Assembly (NCBI GenBank): GCA_965178125.1
Contig: OZ237764.1
Location: 124,001-188,000 of the forward strand
Direction: 5' to 3'
DNA from: Bilabrum cf. latius
Taxonomy: Eukaryota
Length of the DNA stretch: 64,000 bases
The notes under the pieces were generated by a model. That model ran no database searches. It was not told the DNA's origin and saw only the letters and a list, made by a program, of their open reading frames with translations. Positions 51,182 through 62,869 of the stretch are shown piece after piece; within the stretch, counting starts at the first letter, position 1; each line of letters begins with the position of its first letter. The translations under genes and the position numbers were made by a program.

Positions 51182-54100
51182 TTATCGCCTGATGATCACG
51201 CCGTGAAACAGGAATGACGCCACCCGGTACCACAGAAGTGAGGGTAAGGCGGCGGGCACCGTGCGAGAGCTGACCTGCTCGGCATCACCGGCTGCCTCCG
51301 ACTCCAACGACTCGAGTCCAGCTGAAGACGATATCGCAGGCTATGAATCAACCGCGCCGCTCTTAACGCGTCCTCCTGCTACGACACTGCCTAGGCGCCC
51401 TGCCGCCTGCACCAGCTCCTTCGCCTGGGCGCGCTCCCTAGCCGCGATCGACAGCTCTTGTAAAACGTCCGCCTCTCGCCGCCGCATGGCCGCCAAGTGC
51501 CGCAATGCGATGCGCATCGTACTATCACTCCCTGCATTATGAACTTCACACTGATCCTTTGTCTACCCGCCCCCTCTTAGATCGGGACCTGCAGCTTGCC
51601 CAGCTGCGTGTTCCAGTCGCAGGGCACCCTCCCTCGCCGAGTCAGCCTCGCGCTCTACGCGAGTGGCCAAGCCGACAGCATCCGGTAAAGGGCCCCCATC
51701 ACTAAGCACGCTGGAACCCTCTTTGCATCGCACGCTGACTGATCCGTCAAAATCCGAAGCTCCACTGCCAGGCGCAGCCCTCGCGCCCTCGGAAAGCCCC
51801 TCTTGCTCCTGCTCCTGCCGCACCGGAACTTCCAGCCGGCCCATCACCATCCGCACGCGCCGATCCGCCCCTTGCTGCAGGCGCATGGCAGTCTGAACCA
51901 GATAGTGTCGCTCTCTCAACGCTGCTGAGTCCACGCTTTGAGACTGTGGATGCGACCTCACCGACAGCAGGGCCATCAGCTGCTCCTTCTCCAGACCAGA
52001 AAGACACGGGACCATCGCTGACCGGCCCCACAGCCAGACGCGCTGCACCACCTTGAGCGGCGGGATGAATCGCGATACGCGAAAGAGCGATGGGTGGGCT
52101 GTATTTCGCAGCATCGCGTCAGAAATGGGAGCCACTCTTCGCTCTGCAACTGCCTGGTCCAGCAGTGCAGGGACGCGCATGTGGGGTCTGCTGACGTGAG
52201 AGTACATGGCAACAGAGCGCGCGACTGCAGATAGGTACAGGCCGTGGCGATGCATCACCCTCTAAGAGACCGACGCGGCCCTCTAGCGCGGGCTACTTTC
52301 GTACTCACGCATGGCTTGGCAGGCTGCTCCCAGCGGGAAAAGGACTCGCGTAGCGTGCTACTCTTCGGGTCTTGTTGCAGGTCCAGACACAGGCCTGCTT
52401 TGGAGTATTTTGCCGTTTGATGCACTGGCAGCTGCGTCCAGAGCAGACCCATCCTCACAGAAAGAATGCCCACCAGTGCCCGGCTCATGGGCGAGTCCGC
52501 TGTCACCGCCACCCATGGGTCCGTGAAGTCGACTTGCTGACCGTGGCCCCAACAGCCGGCGAGTATACCACGCAAGCAGCACACGCAGTTCAACTGTGCT
52601 GTTAAGTATACCTCGAGCCGCAGCTCGGAGGCTTCTTTCGGCCCGTTCAATGAATTCCTGCCTCCCTTGCTCGCCGGTTGCCTGCTTGATGGGGTTTACC
52701 CTGCACAAGTCGGACACAAGTGCCTAGTGGCTCGTGGGGTCGAGCGAATCGATCGAGCTGTCACTCTAGCAGCTGATCGGCAATTGGTACAGCTGCACTG
52801 GGGCTGCATACCTAGCTGCTTCGGGCGGGACCGCGGTCATTCCAACCCAGCAAGGAGGGGATCCTGGGATCCAGACTGTCGGCCTGATGCGCAACTGAAG
52901 GTCTGCACTAGCGCCCGCGCCTGCACCCGCACCTGTACTCGCACCCGCACTCGCTACACTCACACTTTGTAGCCTGCGCTCGGTCGCCCTCAGCCACCTA
53001 CCAACAAACGAGTGCTGCAGCAGCCTCTCGCCGCCCGCCATGCTTGAAGGCACCCAGCTACTATCTGGGCCGAGGTCCCACGGCTCAAGCACGTTCCGGT
53101 CGATCGGGCTATCCGAGGTATGCGGTGAATCCATGCGTTCATCGCTCGCTCCGCATTTTGTAGCTGTTGCACAGTAAACTGCATCGGCTCCGTCAGTAGT
53201 TGCGGTAGGACCAGCTGAACCTGCACTCTAGTCTCCTTTGCCCTCAGCCGAGTGGGCGGGCCTGGGCACGACCTTGGGTCCAGCAGTAGGGGTGTGGTCG
53301 AACCAGAGAGGTGACGAGCCGCCTGGGGCCGGGCGCACCTCAAGCGCCCTGCCCCTGGCCATCGAGGCGATGTCCTCATCGGATCGGCAGAAAGGCACGA
53401 TGCAGAAATCGCTGAATAGGAACCTCGGGCCCCCGGAGCCCCTCGCTGCTCCCAGGCAGATCTCGTCCCTTGAAGCCTCCAGCGGGCCCACCTACTCCTG
53501 GGCATTGCCCACGGAGATCCGCAGCTATTGGATGTTATTCGCATGGAGGAAGATACCTTCTTCTGCATCTGCTTCCTTAGACTAGATCGCGATGGCAGGC
53601 AGCGCCCCCAGCGGCACCCGTCCCTCCCGATCTACTCCTGCCGCAGTGGCCAGCCGGGGATCCAGCCGGAGATGCACATCCCTGCGATTCGAATCGCACA
53701 GATACGCAGCCTTGATATCGTTGCCGATATGCTTGCCGTTGTGGAATATGTCCATCTGACGAACGACTGCCAGTTTCAGAAAGTTGCCCTTGTCGAGGCC
53801 AGCGAGGCTCCGGCGAGCTGCGGCGGCTGCTGAAACATGATCTCCACGTGAGCCCGTGGGTGTACCATCGGTACCCTGCCTGGCCTCCGACACATTAGAA
53901 GCTTCGTTTAGTATTTCCCGTATCCGAAGTTTCGCTAGTTGGCCCGTGTCACCATTGCTGTCGCTACAAACTACCAGGACTACAAAGTTGCTGAGGCGGA
54001 ACGCCCAATGGATCCAATCGCGAGATGTGCACACGTTAGGAACTTCGGCACCAGTGACCTTATCTCCGCACATGGAGAATTCGGGTACCTTGTGCTAGCG

Positions 54101-54367
54101 TGCCAAGCAATGCAAGCCCCTTCGCACCATTTGAGCCTTCCGGGAGCTAACGAAAGTGGTAGTTGGGAAAGCAGACAGTTGGGTGCAGACAGTCCAGTAT
54201 GACAGCGTCCAGCTAGGAGCAAGAGGGGTCAAGATGGCACCAGACGGTTTTATTTGTATTCCGTGCCATCCTAACCCCAGGCTCTCTATGGAACCGATCA
54301 CGCACTATTTCGTGCCGGAGTCCGCTTCTATTGCGAAAGGCTCCAGCGCAATTGGGGCGGCCTGCAT
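51182..54367 (-). CDS. Hypothetical protein, about 1061 aa
   Basis: ORF fragments 54095-54301, 53582-54073, 53228-53491, 52766-53134, 52358-52717 and 51563-52258 share one frame joined only by TAG; ATG 54367; first non-TAG stop is TAA at 51182. Confidence 0.7.
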
Positions 54368-54490
54368 GTTAAGATGAAGTTATTATGGCAAGAGACATAA
54401 CTATGATGCTGTTGAAGCTGCCAGTGGCAGTAAACTGGGTGCTCCAAGTAAAGGTTCAGGAAGATTCCGGTTTGCTTGAGCCTCGGCAAG

Positions 54491-54870
54491 TGATGGTTGG
54501 TAATGTGGATCTGTCGATCAACCGCTCAATGCTTCGCTCCCCCAGCACTCTCCCTCTCCCGCCACGCGCCACTCGTGCGCCGCTACCCACCGTCGCCCAC
54601 TCGTCTGTCGCTAGCACGGCCGTCTCCGTGCCGCCTAGGCCCGGCTGGCCGCTTTGTCCTGCCCTCAGCTTCCACTCTCGTACCTAGTACCTGCTCCTCG
54701 TAATCTCCTCCTTCCGTGGCGCTTTGGTTTTGGCTGGTGCTTCCCCGGGCACTGGGCAGGCGGCACGGACCTTTCAAGCCGCTATGGGGACTACCTGCCA
54801 CTGGCCACGGGATCTACACTGGGCCCCCCTTTTGGCTGTTCGCCCATCGAACGCCGCAAGGAACACCCAC
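54491..54870 (-). repeat. Ngaro split direct repeat B2 (380 bp)
   Basis: Appears identical to 56309-56688. Confidence 0.95.
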
Positions 54871-56153
54871 GCCGCCCCGACCTAGGGGACGCCACCACGC
54901 AAAAAGAAGAAAAAATCTTGAACTCGATCGAGTTAGGGCATCACCGCTCGCACATCCCGCCCAGCCCACCACGCTCGACACGGTCCTGTATGCTCACCGC
55001 AGCCCCAGCACAGTCGTCACCCGGTCCGCTCCTATTCAGGCTCCCATTGCCTTACCCTCTGTGAGGATACGGGGTCCGGCTGCTGTCCGCACGTTGCCGT
55101 GCCTCTTGCAGCACCACAGTGGTCCTCCACTGCAGCGTACGCTGTGCAGGATCTCGCCTCGCTCTCTCGGTGGGTGTCGCCGGTGCGACTGTCCCAGGGT
55201 CGATCCGAGATTCAGGCTCTCCTCTCGGCTGTGCAGGTCACTCTGTCCCCCTTCGGCCACGGAGCCATCCAAAGGACAGAAGTTTCCTGGGCCCGCAACG
55301 CGGTTCTTTGTGCTTCCAGAAAAACAGAGGTGCTCCACATGGGGGATTTTACGGCACGGACCACACCTCTGCTCCCAGTCTCATGACCACCTCACGCGTG
55401 GCCACCTCACACCCGTCCCCACTGTTGCAACCGGGAGGGTGGGTTGCTTCCGACCTATAGCCGGATTTACAGCGATCAACATGAGGCACGGACCTCATAC
55501 TGACCGCACCCACCCCTACTCCCACGCCTACTTGACTCAGCCAAGTCCCTGGCCCCCCAAGCCACCCACCAACGGTCCTGCTAACAGTGGCCATCGGCAC
55601 CAGATGCGACCACGGAGCCTCATCTGGTTGGTGAAATGGGATGGTGGCAAAGGCCACCACCAGTTCGTCCACGTGTTCTAGATGGCTAGACGCACGCAGC
55701 TTCCCTGGCCCCGTTCCGTTGCCCTCCGCAACGCTTAAATGTTGGTAGCTAGGTATGAGTGTTGGTACCCTCCGAATCTGCGCCGCCATCCTGCGTGGGT
55801 GCCACGTGGTCCCCCCGTTGTCAGGGGGTCCACATGAACAGAAAAGAGGGCTGGTTCATGCTGGTACTGAGTGCGGAGGGAGGAGGAGCGGTCTGCCTCC
55901 GCCCCCCTCCCAAGAGAATATTACACACACTACCGGGCAGCAGTGACACACACACACTTACCCGCCCCTAAGACGCCCTGTCTCGCTGAGTAAACCTTAT
56001 CCGCCTGGCACCCCTCCCTTCAGCTGTAAGCCCCTCTGTTGTCCGCCAACTACTGGTCCCCCCTCACCTCCCGGCCTCCGCCGCGATGCCGCCCCATCCA
56101 TATCCGAAGGAAATGGGGCCAACAAGACAAGAAACAATTCTATAAAAGTAAAA

Positions 56154-56308
56154 ATTATTTCCTTTATCTTCTTCTGAATTCCCCTAAGTGAGAGCGCTGG
56201 TCTCGCTCAGCTCGTACTCGGAATTGATCCGATCAGTATACCACTATCGGCCCAAACATCACTGTACATGGATGCTCTGTATTCGTCAGTAGGGGTGCCA
56301 TTGAATCA
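56154..56308 (-). repeat. Ngaro split direct repeat A2 (155 bp)
   Basis: Appears identical to 62676-62830 and abuts B1 directly. Confidence 0.95.
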
Positions 56309-56688
56309 TGATGGTTGGTAATGTGGATCTGTCGATCAACCGCTCAATGCTTCGCTCCCCCAGCACTCTCCCTCTCCCGCCACGCGCCACTCGTGCGCCG
56401 CTACCCACCGTCGCCCACTCGTCTGTCGCTAGCACGGCCGTCTCCGTGCCGCCTAGGCCCGGCTGGCCGCTTTGTCCTGCCCTCAGCTTCCACTCTCGTA
56501 CCTAGTACCTGCTCCTCGTAATCTCCTCCTTCCGTGGCGCTTTGGTTTTGGCTGGTGCTTCCCCGGGCACTGGGCAGGCGGCACGGACCTTTCAAGCCGC
56601 TATGGGGACTACCTGCCACTGGCCACGGGATCTACACTGGGCCCCCCTTTTGGCTGTTCGCCCATCGAACGCCGCAAGGAACACCCAC
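56309..56688 (-). repeat. Ngaro split direct repeat B1 (380 bp)
   Basis: Appears identical to 54491-54870. Confidence 0.95.
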
Positions 56689-56696
56689 TGGCCCAG

Positions 56697-57935
56697 TTAG
56701 AGCCCTGAATCCCGTTCACCCCCACCACTGCTCACTGGGCTCCGGTGAAGCTCCCTGCGTTGGGATTCCCAAATCTTCAGAAGTTCTGGGATGGAGCCAG
56801 CTCCCACCATAGCCCGAAGAATCCCACTCCTCGTAACCCTTGCCGCTTCCATCAATGAGTAACGATCATACACCGCTGGCATGTTGGGCAGAGACCACCC
56901 AGCCTGGCCGTGCACGTACTTCTCGTCCTTGGTTGGGTCCGTCTGGCGCAATGCTGACACTCCCGCACTCTTGAAGGCGTACACACCCTCCCCCTTGCGG
57001 TGCACAGGAATCCCTTGCGCTGTTATCCACTGCAGCGTGGCACTGTGCGCAGCCCGTGTTCGAGAGGCGAATACTTCCCCGCGCTGCCCTTGTGTTGGCT
57101 ACCGAACTGATACCCACCACTTCAGCCACCGATACGGGCACAACTCCTCGAATCCATCCGGCAAGCATGGAATGACCGCTGGCGGGCGCTGCTCGGGGTT
57201 GCCGCCGAGCACCCGCGACTTGTACCGCTGCCACCCAATCAGGGCCACGGGAACAACCTCGTTGTCATCAGACGCTGCAGTCCACTCTATCTCCCCTATT
57301 GCCAGATGCACCAGATCTGGCCACCGGGCCAAGCCACAGAATGTCCCCACATAGCAGCACATAAATGTATCGAGAACCGCTGGTGTTGAGTTGTAGTCCG
57401 CACGGGCCAGCGCAGCTGGGCCTTGCCACATCGAATCCCACTCTGCCTGCAGCTACCAGGCCATCATCACTAGTGCTCGCAACGTTACAGGGTTGTCCAC
57501 CAGGACACGTAGGGCACGTACCGCGTCCGGATCCGTCGCCCCGGCACATCTACGCTTGTAGCCGAGCAGGGCCAGTTTGACCTGCCTGTACTCCACGTCT
57601 GCGAGTGGGGTACGCGGGAACTCCGCTGACCTGAACCACGCCGTTTGCGCTTGGAACAATCGCAACACTGTGGCATACTTCAACCCGGCGGCGCACTACT
57701 CCGTCAGCAAAGCCCACATGGCCTCCACCGGATCCCCGACCTCAAGTTCCGCCTGCATGGTCAGATTCCGCCTGCGCGCGTCCAGAGCTCCCTTGCCGAG
57801 CTGCTGACTCTCCTACAGCATCAGGGTCCTAGTCGCCGCCACCGCTGCTCGCCGTTGTGCCGCAGCACTTGAGCCTGCTCGTCCAGTCACTGGGATCAGC
57901 TCCCCAAATGGTCCTGCGAAGATGAAATGGTGCAT
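56697..57935 (-). CDS. Ngaro ORF3 tyrosine recombinase (about 412 aa from the first ATG)
   Basis: FCGLARWPDL, ELCPYRWL, YAFKSAG, AGWS..MPAVY. Four in-frame TAGs (57813, 57696, 57453, 57099); TAA at 56697; overlaps the end of ORF2. Confidence 0.85.
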
Positions 57936-60141
57936 GAAAAGTTGAGTCAGATGTCGCCCTTGCCGCCGAGACAAACCCCGTTTTGCCCACGCGCTGCCCC
58001 GCCGTCTACACCAGTTGACCAGCACCGTCCTCCACCCTGCTCAATCTATCGCATGCCACCATGATCGGTGTACTTCGCCTCTACCACACGGGGAAGATCA
58101 CGTATCCCAAGTTCTCAGCCAGCCTTCCAATCTCTCGCAGCTCATCTCGCTACCCAGCCTTCATCGAGCCGCCCTTCCGCAGCAAATTTGGCAGGGCTTG
58201 ATTGTCTGACAGCACGAAGAGCGCCTCTGGGCAAGTCTGGCTCCTCGCCAACTAGCCTGGTCCTGACAAAAAAGCTCGTAGTGATGCTAGTTCGCGTGCC
58301 GTACTGGATAGTAACTGCATGTCCTCGTGGAAACCCATTTGCATCAAGCCAGAATCACCATTGCCTCGGCGCCACATTGCACCCAGTCCATGGGCTGACG
58401 CGTCAGCACAAAACACGGATGCTCTCCCCTCCGGCAACGGGTATATCGGTGCAGCTGCTGCCGCTGTCAAGATACCGCGGTCCCTACATGTCAGCCACCA
58501 CTCAAATTCCTCGTTGAACTCTGCCGTCCAGATGTGCCTACCACCTTTGCGAGCCTTTGCAGCCGCCTAGTATATCGCAAACACGTGCTGCGAAGCGTGG
58601 GGGATTACTGCCGCAGCCGCGCCCAACTGTCCTGCCAGTTTCTCCACAGCCTTGACCGCCAGCGCACTCGTTGCTAGCATGTTGAAAGCTCGCATTCGCT
58701 CAACGGTCCTCAGCACTGCGTGGATCCGTGGCCATCGATCCGAGCGCAGTGTCACCTTCAAGTGGGCTCCCAGGGTAATCTTTAGCCCAAGGAACTCAAT
58801 CACCTATGTTGGAAAGGTAAGTTTGCTAGGCTATATCCTCATGCCAATCCCCCGCGCTACAAGCACGGCACACCACAACAACTACATAGTGCGGGCCTCC
58901 GTACGTGCTGACAGAAAGCCATCATCAATGTACCCAAAAGCCCAATGTGCGGTGCGCAGTCGCACCCCCGCTAGACACTCTGCCAACACTACTGATGCGA
59001 CAAAACAGCCCATTCTGCAACCAAACGACAAGACCACAAACTAAAACATGCTGCCACCCACTCCGCGAACTGCCATCCATCGCTGCAGCCCCGGTGCCAG
59101 CGCTATACTATGATATGCCGCCTTGAAATCGAAGGCTGCCCCCCATTCGTGCCTGTCACGTCCCACTCGCTCTGCTAAATGCCGAGCAAAATCACCATAC
59201 CGAAAACGCAAGTCAAGGAATGCCTCATTCGCGCCCGAGCGCTTCATATCCGTGACTAGGCGCTGCTTGCCAGTCGTGTCCTCCCGCTGCACCAAGCGTG
59301 GTGTCTGACCCTCCCGCTGCTGTACCTCGATTGCGGTCCTCTTGGCAACGAACATAGGCGTCACCTAGACCGCGGCGCCCTCCACCGGTCGAATCTTGCC
59401 TGCACTCGCTGCTGCTTCCACGAACGGGACTACATCCTCCTCGTCCGCCGGCAAGTCCTTCGGGTCAGCCCGTACCGGCTGCGCCCCCAACACCTTCAAG
59501 ACTGCCTCCGCCCGAAGCCCATGTCGTGCCAGTCCAACAAACCCCCGGCCCGCTACACAATCGGGCTCCACTGCGCCCCGCGCCCCGCAGCGTCGACAAC
59601 GAGCCAAATGTGCCTGCCATGCTCCACGAGGTGACAGCGTACACGGCTAGCGTGCTGCCCATCGCTCCCCCTGCTGCAGTTCGCCCCTACGCTCCCCGTG
59701 TGACAACGTTCCATACCAGACGTCCAAAGCAGATGATGGTGCCTAGCCCGGTGGGAATGACCGCAAGTCAATCTTGTCCCGCTTTGCCAGGCATCGTGCC
59801 CAAGCCTACCACATCCCGTCCGCACCCAATGCTGACGGTGCATCCCCAGTCATCCCCGCTCCCGCATCACCGTCATTATCCACAGAATAGCCGGCTGCTT
59901 CCATCTGCACCTCGTGCCATCGTCTCGAGGGGCCTGCAGATGCAACCTAGTCCAACAATTCGTCCGCGTGTTCCATGATGTCCGTCACAATGCACCGCCC
60001 ATCCAGTGTCCGCAGGCTCGGCTCACCACGCTGTAGGGTCGGAGTCTTCTGCTGAGCCAGGATTTTTTGCGCTGCTTCCGAAGATAGTGCACATGCCTAC
60101 ACTACTGCAGCCCTTCCCCTGGCTCGGGCCGCGTCACCCAT
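57742..60141 (-). CDS. Ngaro ORF2 reverse transcriptase + RNase H (about 799 aa)
   Basis: FDFKAAYHSI, F(TAG)FVVLSFG, GYIDDG, PT(TAG)VIEFLG; RNase H ADASAHG, RELASL, SDNQ, ACDRLSR. About 16 in-frame TAGs; TGA at 57742. Confidence 0.92.
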
Positions 60142-62677
60142 TCCCCGCTAGTCGGCCACTTCGTCTTGGGGAGGTACGGGGCTCCGCCTACTTTTTGGGC
60201 CCCGATGTCGTCCCTTTGTGGCGCTCTGACTCCTGCTGCGACTCTTGTCCACCCGCACTCGCGCTACTGCTGCTGCTGCTGCTGCTGCTGCTGGCCTTCG
60301 CTGACTACCGTTTTGCCGCTGCCCCCGCTCCTCCAGCTGCGGCCCCATGCGCCTTTGCCACCCGCTTTGCTCGCTCCAATGCTGACTTGTCTATCGCGGC
60401 TGTCACATCCTCCCACGCCATAGCGCTATGGTTGCCTGCCGGATTCAGTCCCAGTAATTCCCACGTGGGCCCCACCTGAGTCTGCGTCATCCGCAGCGGG
60501 GTCTCGTTCTCGCTCCGCAACTACCACAGTCGAAGCACCGCAGGAGTATCCATTCTCCCCACTGGTGCCACCCTATGTATCAAAATCATGCGCAGAGCAG
60601 TTGCTAACACGAAATGCTGACCCGTATTGGCTGTGTCCCCGTTGCCTCCACCTGCCGTGCGGACTGCTGCCGCATGAAGGACCATCCCTAAACCCAAAAA
60701 CATTCTTCGCACTGCAATCTCCAACGCCTCGTGAAGCTTGCTCATTACTGCCCTGGCTTCCGCATGCTTATCCTGGTGCAGCAGTGTCGCAAGTTTGATA
60801 ACCACCTTCAGCAACGACGTGCTCCCTGCCACGACCCACTCGAGCGCCCCACACACCGATCTGGTCAATATCGTGGGTAATCGAAAAATGTTGCCTTGTT
60901 CCAGTTCTGCCACTCCCGACAACACGTGCTACCCGCACTTACTCGCAAATTGCCTGATCCCGTCCGGCATGAGCAAATCACCCGCCTCCTCCAGCACCGG
61001 TGCCACATGAAAGCTGCGGCCAGATCCTGACTCCCGGCGAAAACCAGCCGCACTCGCCATAGAAGCGAACATTATCTGCGCGGGGCGTTCAATCCGAAGT
61101 AACGAAATCTTTGCCTTGTCCGCACTCGTCAGCGCCACTGAGGCCAAGTCCTTAGCTCTCTCGCCTTCCTCCCCGAGTTCGGCCAAATACCGTGCACTGT
61201 CCCTAAATTGAAGCACCTCCTAAGACCGTACGGTGTCGTAGAACAAAGAGTCAACTCCCTTCGCCGTGGGAATGGAATTATGCACTTCCTTGGCGCCGTC
61301 TCCATCGTCTGCTCCGACCTGGCCCTGGTATGGTGACTTCTTGCAGGCGCCGGCTGACGACTTAATCGCCTGGGTGGAGTGCTCGGGCCGGGCATTTAAC
61401 TCAAGCGCAAGGGCACGGAGCAACTACAACGTACCATTGGGCTCACCCGATGCCATGGCCGCAACCGCCTGTTGAATTCGCTTGTCGATCGCGTCACTCG
61501 CGGTCGCCTCTCCTGCTCCCGCGGATGCTCCCTCGACCTCTTGCTCGCGCCTTGCCGCCTTGGTGCGACGTTCCGAATCCGCCACAATGGCCTCCCAGGG
61601 AGCTTGTGCTTCCCCCACCTCTTCCGCTCTCCCCCTTTTTCCCAGCGTTGCGCCCGAGATGGTGCCCATCGACGCCTGCGCCCCAAACACCGCGCTGGCG
61701 CCGCGGCTTGCCGTTGGACCTCCCGCTGGTTTGCCACCCGCCCCAGCATCGGCCGCAGTCACTCCACCACGGCTGAATCCGCCCCCAAAATCAAAGAGGC
61801 CCAGCTCGCTCGGCGGATGGCCTGAGGTAGCAGTCGCCCCTGCACCGGCCCCCCCGCTTGGGGCAGGCAGTTTCCACCCAAACCCGCCACCGTCCATGAT
61901 GCCCCGGCCCAGTGAGTGCGCTCCCATCGGCCCCCCGGCTACACGTTCAGTCCTTGACCCCGTGAATGGTGCTGTTGTTGATGCCCCGGATGGTACCGGG
62001 ATCACCGGTGCTCCCCAGAGTGGGGGCACCCCATTGCTGCCCGTCGCATCTTGGCCTGAATTTCCACCCGTCGCCGCGCTCGCCGACGAACTGCTGCATG
62101 TCGGCTTCGGCATCGCATGGATCAGCATGTTGGGCAACAGAGCATCGAACATTTCGTCGAGGAAGGGGATCGTCCACGGTGCCACCCGGGCATAGCCGAA
62201 CAGGGCCGCACGTGCTGCCCACGCTGCCTGCTGTGGCGTTACACCACTCTGTAGTGGTTGCTGCAGGCATTTCCAGAGCTCACCATGGTCCTCGGGCATC
62301 AGATCGTCCTTTGAGAACCCTGCTGCCGCTTCCAGAGCGCCACGCAGGCCCGATTCCACGTCTGGCGTCGTGGTCGGTTTGAACACGCCCATAACGGCAG
62401 CCCCTGCGCCCAGGGAAGCGACCGGCGTGTGGCCGCGTACGCAGCTGCCCAACAGAGCCCGCTGCGCATCTGCCCCTTCTTTGTTTAGCATGTTCACAGC
62501 CTCGCGTACGACAGGCTCCGAGAAGCTCGACATGTGTTCAACAGCCATACCTTGAAACACATCGAAAACGCCACCCACAGCGTTCACCCTCCGCCTCACC
62601 GTTGGGGCCATACGAGTGGTCATTCGCGCCACGATCGCCCGGCTTTGCTTCCATTGCGCACTCTGCTGGCTGAGCAT
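60134..62677 (-). CDS. Ngaro ORF1 (gag-like by position), about 847 aa
   Basis: ATG at the inner edge of A1. Six in-frame TAGs (61424, 61220, 60929, 60521, 60305, 60188); TGA at 60134. Confidence 0.8.
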
Positions 62678-62830
62678 TATTTCCTTTATCTTCTTCTGAA
62701 TTCCCCTAAGTGAGAGCGCTGGTCTCGCTCAGCTCGTACTCGGAATTGATCCGATCAGTATACCACTATCGGCCCAAACATCACTGTACATGGATGCTCT
62801 GTATTCGTCAGTAGGGGTGCCATTGAATCA
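62676..62830 (-). repeat. Ngaro split direct repeat A1 (155 bp)
   Basis: Appears identical to 56154-56308. Confidence 0.95.
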
Positions 62831-62869
62831 CGGAGCGCCCTGATTCAAGGCCCCTGAAGCTCCTGGCAA

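Larger units (their letters stand above)
54491..62830 (-). mobile_element. Ngaro-type tyrosine-recombinase retrotransposon (DIRS order), 8340 bp, layout A1-[gag-like, RT/RNaseH, YR]-B1-A2-spacer-B2
   Basis: Split direct repeats A (155 bp) and B (380 bp); RT YIDD, RNase H and YR motifs; no target-site duplication. Confidence 0.95.

Noticed and set aside
51182-54367. Faint resemblance of this protein to the NMD factor SMG8
   Set aside because: Only a vague hydrophobic-strand pattern; it cannot be supported without a profile search, so it is left as hypothetical.
54491-62830. LTR retrotransposon or endogenous virophage
   Set aside because: The repeats are split (A...B-A...B), not terminal LTRs or inverted repeats. 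A tyrosine recombinase replaces the DDE integrase, and there are no capsid/pPolB genes or AT-rich viral segment.
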